64,000 nt of DNA, from contig JARKQN010000016.1 in the NCBI GenBank assembly GCA_029974835.1, forward strand, positions 5,379-69,378, read 5' to 3'. Of the stretch, positions 45,437 through 54,675 are shown piece after piece. A program made the position numbers and the translations under genes. Each line of letters opens with the position of its first letter. The stretch's first letter is position 1. Source of the stretch: Bacteroidales bacterium. Its GTDB lineage: Bacteria > Bacteroidota > Bacteroidia > Bacteroidales > VadinHA17. The notes below the pieces were generated by a model. That model made no database searches. It saw only the letters and a program-made list of their open reading frames with translations, and had not been told where the DNA came from.

Positions 45437-46717
45437 ATGCATAATCGTAAAAATCTCAGCCTGTTTATTTTATCATCAGTTTTTTTATTAATTGTTCCTT
45501 TACTGATTTTTTCCGGTCACATTCAGGCTGCAGGAATATTTCTGGTTTCTGCATTTATTACACTTTCTTTTGCTATAATAATTTTTCCGGCACTCAGGGG
45601 CTTTTCTTATACGCTGTGGATTTTTGCAGCTGTAACTGCCTCAATGTTTTACCCACAGTATTTTATATCCATAGGCAGTTTTCAGCTTAAATCTCTTATT
45701 GTCCCCCTTCTTCAGATAATTATGTTTGGCATGGGTTCGCAGATGAGTGCAAATGATTTCGCAGGAATAATAAAGATGCCGAAAGGGGTAATAATTGGTA
45801 TTTTACTGCAGTTTACATTAATGCCATTGGTAGGGTTCACCCTAGCAAGACTCTTTAACTTTCCTGCCGAAATTGCAGCAGGAATAATACTTATAGGCTG
45901 TGTCCCCAGCGGCCTGGCTTCAAATGTCATGTCGTTTCTTGCACGAGCCAATCTTGCACTCGCAGTCACACTCAGTTCGGTTACAACGGTTCTCTCACCG
46001 CTGGTCACTCCGTTTCTGATGAAGACCCTCGCAGGACAGTATATTGAAGTAAATTTCTGGAGCATGATGCTCGACATTCTCAATATGATTATTCTTCCGG
46101 TTGTGGCAGGTTTTATATTTAACCTTGTGGCAAAAAGAAATGCTTCCCGTAAATCAACAGTGATCCAGATAATTGTTTTTATTTCTGTGATACTGATCAC
46201 AACCCTTGTTTACACAAAATCGGCACATACAGGTTTCTCAGGATTTGTCTTCAGGTTTCTGAAGTCGGCCGGCTGGTTTTTACTTCTGCCGGCTGCAGGG
46301 GCTTTAATACTGTCGAAATATCTTAAAGGTGACAACAGGATAATGGAACAGGTGCTCTCATTCTTCTCCATGGCAGGAATAGCAGTGATAATAACAATTA
46401 TTACTGCGTCAGGCAGGGAAAGCCTGTTGAATGTCGGACTGCTTCTGCTGATTGCAAGCCTTCTGCACAATCTCACCGGCTACACTCTGGGATACTTTTT
46501 TGCCTGGCTGACAGGCATGCCCGAAAGAGACCGCCGTACAATTGCTTTCGAAGTGGGAATGCAGAACGGCGGACTGGCATCCGGGCTGGCTCTGCAGATG
46601 GGGAAACTGGCAACTGTAGGACTGGCCCCGGCTATTTTCGGGCCGCTGATGAATATTACCGGATCAATACTTGCGAACTGGTGGAGAAGGAGAGAAGATG
46701 AGCAGATGAGCAGATGA
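45437..46717 (+). CDS. Bile acid:sodium symporter (BASS/SBF) family transporter
   Basis: 426 aa, polytopic. BASS core pattern LIGCVPSGLASNVMS and EVGMQNGGLA. Confidence 0.7.
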   Translation: MHNRKNLSLFILSSVFLLIVPLLIFSGHIQAAGIFLVSAFITLSFAIIIFPALRGFSYTLWIFAAVTASMFYPQYFISIGSFQLKSLIVPLLQIIMFGMGSQMSANDFAGIIKMPKGVIIGILLQFTLMPLVGFTLARLFNFPAEIAAGIILIGCVPSGLASNVMSFLARANLALAVTLSSVTTVLSPLVTPFLMKTLAGQYIEVNFWSMMLDILNMIILPVVAGFIFNLVAKRNASRKSTVIQIIVFISVILITTLVYTKSAHTGFSGFVFRFLKSAGWFLLLPAAGALILSKYLKGDNRIMEQVLSFFSMAGIAVIITIITASGRESLLNVGLLLLIASLLHNLTGYTLGYFFAWLTGMPERDRRTIAFEVGMQNGGLASGLALQMGKLATVGLAPAIFGPLMNITGSILANWWRRREDEQMSR

Positions 46718-46736
46718 GCAGATGGGAGGATGGGAA
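46697..46736 (+). repeat. 8-bp tandem repeat (GATGAGCA x3 perfect, then 2 degenerate) spanning the transporter stop codon
   Basis: gatgagca repeats at 46697, 46705 and 46713, followed by gatgggag and gatgggaa. The TGA stop (46715-46717) lies inside the third unit. Confidence 0.8.
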
Positions 46737-46807
46737 GGGGGGAGATTGTAAATAAAAATGGTAGTCAGAGGAGATGATTTATTTATCGAACTCTTAAATG
46801 AAAAGAT

Positions 46808-47755
46808 ATGAAAATAAGACTGTTTTTCGGGTCACTTATTGCAGTAACCTTTATGAATGCATCGGCTCAGGAGTTTGTTCTTCCACTTTATGAAGGCAAG
46901 GTGCCTTATTCGAATAATGCGGAAGTGAAAGAAAACGTTGTTCAGACCGATATAACGAGGATTTCGGATGTCGTTGCCCCGGATATTTCCGTTTACCTGC
47001 CGGCAAAGCAGTTTTCAACCGGGCAGGCAGTCATTATATGCCCGGGCGGCGGGTACAGGATTCTTGCGTGGGACAAGGAAGGCAAGGACGTTGCGAAATT
47101 TCTTAACTCCATAGGCGTGGCGGGGATTGTTCTGAAATACCGCCTGCCGGTGTCGGCAAATGTGACGGAGCCTCACAAAGTACCTTTGTCCGATGTTCAA
47201 AGAGCCATGCGAATGGTACGGTACAACGCTTCAAAATGGAATATTGATCCCGGAAAGATAGGAGTGATGGGATTTTCGGCAGGCGGTCATCTGGCCTCAA
47301 CACTGGGCACTCATTTTGATTACGGCAATAAAGCATCGGCCGACCCGGTTGAACAGATAAGCTGCCGGCCCGATTTTATGATACTGATGTATCCTGTTAT
47401 TTCATTCACAACGCCATATACCCATGCAGGTTCGCGCGAATCATTACTGGGTAAGAACCCGCCAAAGGAACTTGTTGAATACTATTCAAATGAACTCCAG
47501 GTGAAGGCCGATACCCCTCCGGCATTCTTTGTTCATGCAAATGATGATAAAAGTGTTCCGGTCGAAAACAGCCTGCTGATGTACGAGGCTCTGCGCAAAA
47601 ACAACATTCCCGCCGAAATACATATAATTTCCGAAGGCGGCCACGGTTTCGGACTGGCATCAAATAATCCCCATATTTCGTCGTGGGCCGGCAGTTTGAA
47701 GCTGTGGCTTCAGTGGATAAATTTAAACGGGGTTAAAGAGGGGCCCGGGAAATGA
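46808..47755 (+). CDS. Alpha/beta-hydrolase esterase (acetyl-esterase/lipase-like)
   Basis: 315 aa with a signal peptide. Oxyanion CPGGGY, nucleophile elbow GFSAGGHL and C-terminal GGHGF. Confidence 0.7.
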   Translation: MKIRLFFGSLIAVTFMNASAQEFVLPLYEGKVPYSNNAEVKENVVQTDITRISDVVAPDISVYLPAKQFSTGQAVIICPGGGYRILAWDKEGKDVAKFLNSIGVAGIVLKYRLPVSANVTEPHKVPLSDVQRAMRMVRYNASKWNIDPGKIGVMGFSAGGHLASTLGTHFDYGNKASADPVEQISCRPDFMILMYPVISFTTPYTHAGSRESLLGKNPPKELVEYYSNELQVKADTPPAFFVHANDDKSVPVENSLLMYEALRKNNIPAEIHIISEGGHGFGLASNNPHISSWAGSLKLWLQWINLNGVKEGPGK

Positions 47756-47785
47756 TAAGCTCACATAATGGCATTGCAGGTTCAT

Positions 47786-48694
47786 TCAACTACCTTCAAC
47801 TTCATTCCTGAAAGGTGCAGATGCCTGTGCTCCGAGACGGGTCACCGAAATTGAAGCTGCTTTATTGGCGAACCTGACGGCTTCGGGAAGTTCTTTTCCC
47901 TCTGCCAGCGCAACGGCAAGTGCACCGTTAAAAATATCACCGGCTGCCGTGGTATCGACAGCGTCCACTTTTACTCCTTCCATGAGACCCGTGAACTCGT
48001 CAGATAAAACATAGGCGCCGGTTTCTCCGAGAGTAATGATGACATTTTTTACACCCATTTCAGATAAAACCGTAGCGGCCTTATGACATGAAATGGAGTC
48101 GCTGATTGTGATACCTGTAAGTGATTCAGCTTCAATCTCATTTGGCGTCAGGTAAGATATGCATTTCAATAAACCGGGAGAGAGATTTGTGGCGGGAGCA
48201 GGGTTGAGAATAGTTTTTATACCATGCTTACAGGCTTTATTTACTGCATATTCAACCGTCTTTACGGGTATCTCGAGCTGAAGGAGAAGTATAGGATAAC
48301 GATTACTGTCAAAAATTTCATCCGGGAGATCTTCCGGCAAAAGATTGCCGTTTGCGCCGGGAGCAACAACTATACTGTTCTCGCCATTGGCATCAACCGT
48401 AATCAATGCAACTCCTGATGGCAGATCATTGTCTTTAATAAAGAACTCAGTATCAATTCCTTCCCGCATCAGCAACCCTACTGTCTGGTTCCCGAAGAGG
48501 TCATTCCCCCTCTTGCCGACGAATGTGACCTTACAACCCAGACGGGTCGCCGCCACAGCCTGGTTGGCCCCTTTTCCACCCGGGTTGAGAAGGAATTTAC
48601 CTCCCAGAATGGTTTCTCCCGGTCCCGGAATCTTGTCGGTTTTGATTACCATGTCGGTATTTGAACTGCCTATTACCAGAATTTCTTTCATCAA
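47786..48694 (-). CDS. rbsK: Ribokinase (PfkB family)
   Basis: 302 aa. Carries GSSNTDMV, GGKGANQAVAA and TTAAGDIFNGALA. Confidence 0.8.
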   Translation of the reverse strand: MMKEILVIGSSNTDMVIKTDKIPGPGETILGGKFLLNPGGKGANQAVAATRLGCKVTFVGKRGNDLFGNQTVGLLMREGIDTEFFIKDNDLPSGVALITVDANGENSIVVAPGANGNLLPEDLPDEIFDSNRYPILLLQLEIPVKTVEYAVNKACKHGIKTILNPAPATNLSPGLLKCISYLTPNEIEAESLTGITISDSISCHKAATVLSEMGVKNVIITLGETGAYVLSDEFTGLMEGVKVDAVDTTAAGDIFNGALAVALAEGKELPEAVRFANKAASISVTRLGAQASAPFRNEVEGS

Positions 48695-48742
48695 AAAATG
48701 AAATATTTTACTTCCATGCTAAAATAATCTTTTTTATTCCTA

Positions 48743-48772
48743 TTTGACTATTAATCCAAAATGTTAATTTTG
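48743..48772 (+). promoter_or_regulatory. Candidate Bacteroidota promoter (-33 TTTG, 18-nt spacer, -7 TAatTTTG)
   Basis: TTTG at 48743-48746 and TAATTTTG at 48765-48772, 94 nt upstream of the ATG at 48866. Confidence 0.45.
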
Positions 48773-48865
48773 ATGAACCGCTCCGTAACATATTCAGGAA
48801 GGTAAGTTTTTCACAGATTCATATTCTCTCTTAAAGAAACATATCGGAAACCAATAATCAATTAA

Positions 48866-49918
48866 ATGAAAAGAATCATAAGTATTTCAGTGGTCATTTT
48901 GTTGGCAGCCAATACCCTTTCCTATTCCCAGGCAGGTAAATTTCTCAGAAACGTAAAAAATGCTGTCCAGCAGGAAATCCTCGGGAACTCTGCAAAAGAG
49001 AATACCCAAACTGCGCCCGAACCGCCGTCGGCCTGCAGCGATGCAGAACTCATTATGGAAATGGGGAAATATAAAATTGATTACTCCGAGCTGAATATTG
49101 CCGTATTAAGTGACGGAAGGATACTCCTATACGACAAATTATCGGACAGCTATTATATATCAAAATCCGGGGTTATTGAAGGACCTATGAAAGAGAATGA
49201 TCAGCGGGTGAAGCAGTTCAGGGATCTGGTTAATTCAGAAGAGGAAAACCTGAAACCTGAAGAGAAATACCCTGAATATATTAAGCGCCAGGGAGATAAA
49301 TTTTTAATAAGTTTCGGAGGAAAAACTTACGGTCCTTTCGGATTAGTGGGCAACTTCGTTATTTCATCACAGAGAGACAAGTTTGCCGCAACAGTGGTTG
49401 AAAACATCCCCGTTTCTGAAAGCGAAGGTAAAAAGATGGATGCAGCCATTGAAAACGCCAAGACTGAAGCGGAGAAAATGCAGCTGGCGATGCAGTATGC
49501 CCAGATGATGCAGGAGAGGATTGCGGCCGGCGGTGGAACACAGGCGATGTTGCCCAAACTGGTTACCAATATACCCGGTGCGGCAATAAATGATGCCACC
49601 ATAATTAATTCAGTTCTCAAGGCAGATATGAAATACAACGAAATACTGATTGTCTCAGAAAATACTGTCAGCGACCTGAAGGGAAAACCCCTTTTAACCC
49701 TTGATTTTGCCACCTTAAGTGCCGGTAAAGTATTTATAAGCTCAGATAACAAGCTGTATGCAACCTACACCTATGGTACACTTACCATTAGCGACGGAAG
49801 AAAAATACAGGAACTTTTTAATCCTCATCTTTTACCCGTGAACGGTAAAATCTACCTTGCTTACATGTACTTTTCACCAAAACGGAATGCGATAATGAGA
49901 TGCAGTCTGCCTTTTTAA
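48866..49918 (+). CDS. Hypothetical secreted protein (350 aa)
   Basis: ORF with a signal peptide (VVILLAANTLSYSQA). No family recognised. Confidence 0.55.
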   Translation: MKRIISISVVILLAANTLSYSQAGKFLRNVKNAVQQEILGNSAKENTQTAPEPPSACSDAELIMEMGKYKIDYSELNIAVLSDGRILLYDKLSDSYYISKSGVIEGPMKENDQRVKQFRDLVNSEEENLKPEEKYPEYIKRQGDKFLISFGGKTYGPFGLVGNFVISSQRDKFAATVVENIPVSESEGKKMDAAIENAKTEAEKMQLAMQYAQMMQERIAAGGGTQAMLPKLVTNIPGAAINDATIINSVLKADMKYNEILIVSENTVSDLKGKPLLTLDFATLSAGKVFISSDNKLYATYTYGTLTISDGRKIQELFNPHLLPVNGKIYLAYMYFSPKRNAIMRCSLPF

Positions 49919-49956
49919 GCCTGCATTCATTCAGAGAAACGCCGTACATCAAATAG

Positions 49957-50721
49957 ATGCTGCCGGACATGCCCGGACGTCATGACTACAAAATAGTTTG
50001 TTCTTTTCGGTCAGCCCTGATCTGTCTTTTTATTTTGGCGGATTGTCCTTTGAGACTTTCCGCGCAGATTGATTATGTTAAGATTTTCGGCAGGAACTGG
50101 ATTAAGGCTGAGGAATTTGTTGAGGGAAACGGATACTGGATAAAACCCGTTCTTGAAAAATATAATATCGATTTCGATGAGGCAATGGCAATTGTCTTTC
50201 CTGAACTTGTAAGGTATTCATCCCTGCGCGATAAAATTGAGATTACTCTGCTCAAGGCACTTTACGTAAATACCGGAAGCGAATATGCAGATTTCTCTGT
50301 AGGTCCCTTCCAGATGAAACCTTCATTTGCAGAAAGGGTTCTCGGGTTTGAGTCTGAGTCTGTCGCACAGGTGGAAGAACTGATTTCTGAAAAGAACCGG
50401 GGTAAAAAGCGTTCATGGCAGTACAGGGCATCGGTATTGAACGATCTTGAAAATATCCGTTCCCAGCTGTTGTACCTTGTGAGTTTTCTTAAGATCTGTG
50501 AATCAGAATTTGAACTTCCCCCCGCAGGAAGCACGGAAAGGATTGCATTTCTGGCAACCGCATATAATTGCGGATTCTGGAAAACCCGCAGGGATATTTT
50601 ACGTATGCAGGAAAAGAAATTTTTTACTGCCATGCTTCACGGGCCGCCATATTACTCATATTGCGATATTTCCGTTTATTGGTTTAGATCAAGAAAACAA
50701 AAAATGAAAGACGGGATATAA
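49957..50721 (+). CDS. Hypothetical protein with weak lytic-transglycosylase-like (GH23/SLT) motif order
   Basis: 254 aa. In order it carries VFPELVRYSS (candidate catalytic Glu), SVGPFQM (compare GLMQ) and LATAYNCG (compare AYNAG). The spacing is longer than in classical SLT domains, so this is tentative. Confidence 0.45.
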   Translation: MLPDMPGRHDYKIVCSFRSALICLFILADCPLRLSAQIDYVKIFGRNWIKAEEFVEGNGYWIKPVLEKYNIDFDEAMAIVFPELVRYSSLRDKIEITLLKALYVNTGSEYADFSVGPFQMKPSFAERVLGFESESVAQVEELISEKNRGKKRSWQYRASVLNDLENIRSQLLYLVSFLKICESEFELPPAGSTERIAFLATAYNCGFWKTRRDILRMQEKKFFTAMLHGPPYYSYCDISVYWFRSRKQKMKDGI

Positions 50722-50776
50722 CGGATTTGTGAAGAATTTAATATTTTTAGCAAACTCAAACCAATAAAACCCTGAC

Positions 50777-51988
50777 ATGAAAAACAAACTGCTTTTTACC
50801 CTGTCCGCTGCATGTGTTGTGATGCTTTCTTCATGCGGCAGCAAACCGGAACCAATGGACAAAGTGATTGAAAGGTCACTATCTGCAGCGAAAGACCAGT
50901 ATATGATGCTGGCTGAAGTAATGAAGGACAAGCCTGATCTTCTGCCTCGCACCATTGACACCGCCGGAAAACTTATTACAGCACGTTCAAACTGGTGGAC
51001 CTCGGGTTTTGTACCCGGAACTCTCTGGTACCTCTATGAATACACCGGAGATAGCAAAATACTGGAGTATGCGACTGAAATGACCTCAAGAGTCGAAAAG
51101 GAAAAGAATAACAAAGGCACGCACGACCTTGGGTTCATGCTCTATTGCAGTTTCGGCAACGGGCTAAGAATGACCGGCGAGATAAGTTACAATGAAGTTC
51201 TGCTTACAGGCGCTCAATCTCTTATAACACGGTTCAGACCTAAAATTGGTTGTATCCAGTCGTGGAACAGCCGCAGGCAATGGCAATGCCCCGTTATTAT
51301 CGATAATATGATGAACCTTGAGTTCCTGATGTGGGCGTTTAAGAAAACAGGTGATTCAACATACTATAAAATATGTGTAAGCCACTCCGACACTACAATG
51401 AAAAATCATTTCAGGCCAGACTATAGTTCGTGGCATGTGGTTTCCTATGATACAATTACAGGGCGTGTTGAAGTGAAACAGACACACCAGGGATACTCAG
51501 ACGAATCTGCATGGGCAAGAGGACAAGTGTGGGGACTTTACGGTTATACCGTCATGTACCGCGAAACAGGCCTTGAACGCTATCTTGACCAGGCAAAGAA
51601 CATAGCTGCCTTTCTGATAAACCATCCGAATTTGCCTGCCGACAAGATTCCTTACTGGGATTTCAATGCACCGGATATTCCAAATGCACTGAGAGATGCA
51701 TCGGCAGGTGCGATAATGGCCTCTGCACTGATAGAACTGAGCGGTTACGTTGACAAAGAAACCGGAGCAAAATATCTCGAAGTGGCAGAAAAGCAACTGA
51801 GAACGCTGGCGTCGCCGGAATATCTGGCAAAACCTGGAGAAAACGGCAATTTTATTCTGAAACACAGTGTAGGTTCACTGCCCGGCAAAAGCGAGGTGGA
51901 TGTGCCTCTTACCTATGCCGATTATTATTTTGTGGAGGCATTGCTTCGGTACAGAAACCTGCTGGAAAAACAAAAGGTTCAGAATTAA
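50777..51988 (+). CDS. Unsaturated glucuronyl hydrolase (GH88)
   Basis: 403 aa with a lipobox (VVMLSSC). Carries WWTSGFVPGTLWYLYEYTGD, THDLGFM, WHVVSYD and AWARGQVWGLYG. Confidence 0.85.
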   Translation: MKNKLLFTLSAACVVMLSSCGSKPEPMDKVIERSLSAAKDQYMMLAEVMKDKPDLLPRTIDTAGKLITARSNWWTSGFVPGTLWYLYEYTGDSKILEYATEMTSRVEKEKNNKGTHDLGFMLYCSFGNGLRMTGEISYNEVLLTGAQSLITRFRPKIGCIQSWNSRRQWQCPVIIDNMMNLEFLMWAFKKTGDSTYYKICVSHSDTTMKNHFRPDYSSWHVVSYDTITGRVEVKQTHQGYSDESAWARGQVWGLYGYTVMYRETGLERYLDQAKNIAAFLINHPNLPADKIPYWDFNAPDIPNALRDASAGAIMASALIELSGYVDKETGAKYLEVAEKQLRTLASPEYLAKPGENGNFILKHSVGSLPGKSEVDVPLTYADYYFVEALLRYRNLLEKQKVQN

Positions 51989-52028
51989 AATTTCCTGATA
52001 ATAAAACTTAAACCAAACCAATAACAAA

Positions 52029-53357
52029 ATGAAGAACGTAAAACGAATTTCAAGGAGGCAGTTCCTTGGGGCTTCTGCCATTGGAATGGCAGGAATCCTT
52101 ATACTGCCGTCAACAGCGAGCTGCGGCCGCTCCAAAAAACAGCAGGCTTCGGCATCCGACCTTGTCCGGCTGGGCTTTATCGGACTGGGCCGGCAGGCTA
52201 TGTTTCTCCTTAACGGCTTCCTGCAGGTGCCGGGTGTCGAGGTACTTGCAGGCTGCGACGTATACGGTGTAAAACGCACCAGGTTTGAAAACAGGGTAAA
52301 TGAGTTTTACTCCAAAGCCGGGAAGAAAGTTGAAATTAAAACCTATGAAAAGTTTCAGGATCTTCTCGAACGCAAGGATATTGACGCAGTGGTTATTGCA
52401 ACTCCCGACCACTATCACGCCATTATTGCAACTGCCGCCTGCAGGGCAGGTAAGGACGTTTACCTTGAGAAGCCGATGACGTTTACAATCTATGAGTCTC
52501 AGATGCTTCGCAAAACTGTAAGGGAAACAGGCAGAATACTGGCTGTCGGAAGCCAGCAGAGATCGGACGAGACATTTGCACATGCTGTAAAACTGGTGCA
52601 GAGCGGTGCTATAGGTAAAATTTCACTGGTAAATGCCTATGTGGGGGCGCCTCCAACACCTTACAACCTGCCCGAAGAGCCCGTTCCTGCGGATCTCAAC
52701 TGGGATCTCTGGCTGGGCCCGCTGCCGGGAAACATTCATTATAACAGCCAGCTCAATCCGCCTATATCGCTCGACCCCAAAAAAGACGAGGAAATCTGGG
52801 GTGCATGGAGATGGTATAAGGAGATGGGAGGCGGTTTCACAACCGACTGGGGTGCCCATATGTTCGATATTGCCCAGTGGGGTCTGGGAATGGATAACAG
52901 CGGACCTGTTGAAGCTTCACCGATAGGCGACGGAACCGAATTTATGTCATTTAAATATGCCAATGGCACTGTTCTTACTTCAGAAACATGGGATGAAAAG
53001 AAAACAAAGGGAGTCAAATTCCACGGCGACAATGGATGGATTGAAGTGGCAAGGGGATTTTTTAACGCCTCCGATCCCAAACTTTTCCCGGAAAAGAAGG
53101 AGGAACAGGCCAATATGCCATATGAAACCAGGATACCTCACCAGGTTAACTTTATCGAATCGGTACGTTCAAGAAAGGATCCCGTTGCATCTGTCGATAT
53201 AGGCCATCATACTACTTTGGTATGCACTGTCGGAAATATCGCCTGCGAGTTGAAACCCACGGTTAAATGGAACCCTGAAACCGAAACATTCGTGGATGAT
53301 GAGGAAGCTGCAAAACTAATGCATTACACATACAGGGAACCCTGGAAACTGGCTTAA
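52029..53357 (+). CDS. TAT-exported Gfo/Idh/MocA-family oxidoreductase
   Basis: 442 aa. Twin-arginine signal SRRQFLGASAIGMAG, Rossmann motif LGFIGLGRQ and DAVVIATPDHYH. Confidence 0.85.
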   Translation: MKNVKRISRRQFLGASAIGMAGILILPSTASCGRSKKQQASASDLVRLGFIGLGRQAMFLLNGFLQVPGVEVLAGCDVYGVKRTRFENRVNEFYSKAGKKVEIKTYEKFQDLLERKDIDAVVIATPDHYHAIIATAACRAGKDVYLEKPMTFTIYESQMLRKTVRETGRILAVGSQQRSDETFAHAVKLVQSGAIGKISLVNAYVGAPPTPYNLPEEPVPADLNWDLWLGPLPGNIHYNSQLNPPISLDPKKDEEIWGAWRWYKEMGGGFTTDWGAHMFDIAQWGLGMDNSGPVEASPIGDGTEFMSFKYANGTVLTSETWDEKKTKGVKFHGDNGWIEVARGFFNASDPKLFPEKKEEQANMPYETRIPHQVNFIESVRSRKDPVASVDIGHHTTLVCTVGNIACELKPTVKWNPETETFVDDEEAAKLMHYTYREPWKLA

Positions 53358-53368
53358 ACGGTTTTTTC

Positions 53369-53410
53369 ATTCTGCCCTGATCCTAACATAGGGTCAGGGC
53401 AGAATTTTTT
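53369..53410 (+). terminator. Intrinsic terminator between convergent genes
   Basis: 15-bp stem (one G-U pair) attctgccctgatcc / gggtcagggcagaat with a 7-nt loop, followed by T6. Confidence 0.75.
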
Positions 53411-53416
53411 TACTCC

Positions 53417-54538
53417 TCAGATCCTGAGGAATATCTTTTTCTTATAAAGAATATACAGGAAAATCCATCCTACGGCGGTTATCCCGATGCCGCTTATAAG
53501 TGTTCCCCATGTTTCAGGCAGTATTTCAGTAAACCCTCCGAAGAAGAATCTTGTAGCTGATCTGAAATTTATAATCCTGTTAGCCAGATAAATAGTGATG
53601 GGATTCATGCCAATTACCGCAAAGAAAAAAGCCCATTTCCTGAAACCCCACACATCAATGATCAGGTAAAAGATTGAAAAGAAGAGAAGGCTCAGTCCGC
53701 CGGCAAAACATACAAATGAGCTTGTCCACAGGTTTTTGTTAATCGGGAATGCCAGGTTCCATAAACGTCCGAGAAGAATGAAAAGCACGCCGGCAATGAA
53801 GATCACGCCGGCCTTTTTAATCAGTTTTTCGCTGAAAAGTCCGGAGATAAGAAAGTCCCCGGTAAACATTCCAAGCAGTGCCGTTGAAATTGCGGGTATT
53901 GTGCTCATAAGACCCTCAGGGTCGTGATTGCCGAGATAAAGTTTGCCGGGCATCAGTATCCTGTCGATATAGCTGGCAATATTTCCTTCCCTGGAGAAGA
54001 CATCGGCGCCGTTTCCGTCAGGTGCAGGTATTAATGCCATTATAAGCCAGTATCCGATCAGTAAAGTCCAGAACCATACGATTCTCCATGAGAGTTTTGC
54101 ATTAAGGTAGATAAGAGCTGCAAACATCCAGGCCAGACCAATTCTGCCAAGAACGCTGCCGTACCGAAGCTCTCCAAAATTAAACCTGATACCGTTGTTG
54201 TAAATAATCCCGAGGAGAACCAGAATTAAACCACGGAAGAAAACGTGTTTATAGATTTTACTCCTGTCTTCACCCGCAGCTTTTCGTTTAGCCAGTGAGA
54301 AAGGGAATGATATGCCGGCTATGAACAGGAAGAGGGGGAAAATCATGTCGTAAAAGTGAAAGCCGTGCCATTGAACATGTTCAAGCTGTTCGGCACACCA
54401 TTTAAAGAGAGGCCAGCCTGTAAGGGTTGCCAGGCCTATGAAGATTGATTCTCCTCCCATAATCCAGAACATGTCGAATCCACGGAGGGCGTCAAGTGAA
54501 TGAAGTCTTGTTGCGGGTGGCTTTGTGTTATTATCCAT
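53417..54538 (-). CDS. Membrane acyltransferase of the DUF5009/HGSNAT (heparan-alpha-glucosaminide N-acetyltransferase-like) family
   Basis: 373 aa with about 10-11 TM segments. N-terminal signature RLHSLDALRGFDMFWIMGGE. Confidence 0.65.
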   Translation of the reverse strand: MDNNTKPPATRLHSLDALRGFDMFWIMGGESIFIGLATLTGWPLFKWCAEQLEHVQWHGFHFYDMIFPLFLFIAGISFPFSLAKRKAAGEDRSKIYKHVFFRGLILVLLGIIYNNGIRFNFGELRYGSVLGRIGLAWMFAALIYLNAKLSWRIVWFWTLLIGYWLIMALIPAPDGNGADVFSREGNIASYIDRILMPGKLYLGNHDPEGLMSTIPAISTALLGMFTGDFLISGLFSEKLIKKAGVIFIAGVLFILLGRLWNLAFPINKNLWTSSFVCFAGGLSLLFFSIFYLIIDVWGFRKWAFFFAVIGMNPITIYLANRIINFRSATRFFFGGFTEILPETWGTLISGIGITAVGWIFLYILYKKKIFLRI

Positions 54539-54675
54539 TTTGATCAGGTTTTTTGGTTAAGTTAATTAATCATTTACGTATTATGCCGGTCAATAAGGGA
54601 AGTAAATTACAAAATATGTATGGGTTATAATGCAGAACGCGGTATTTTAAGTAAAAAAAGGTTTCCAAAGGGGGT

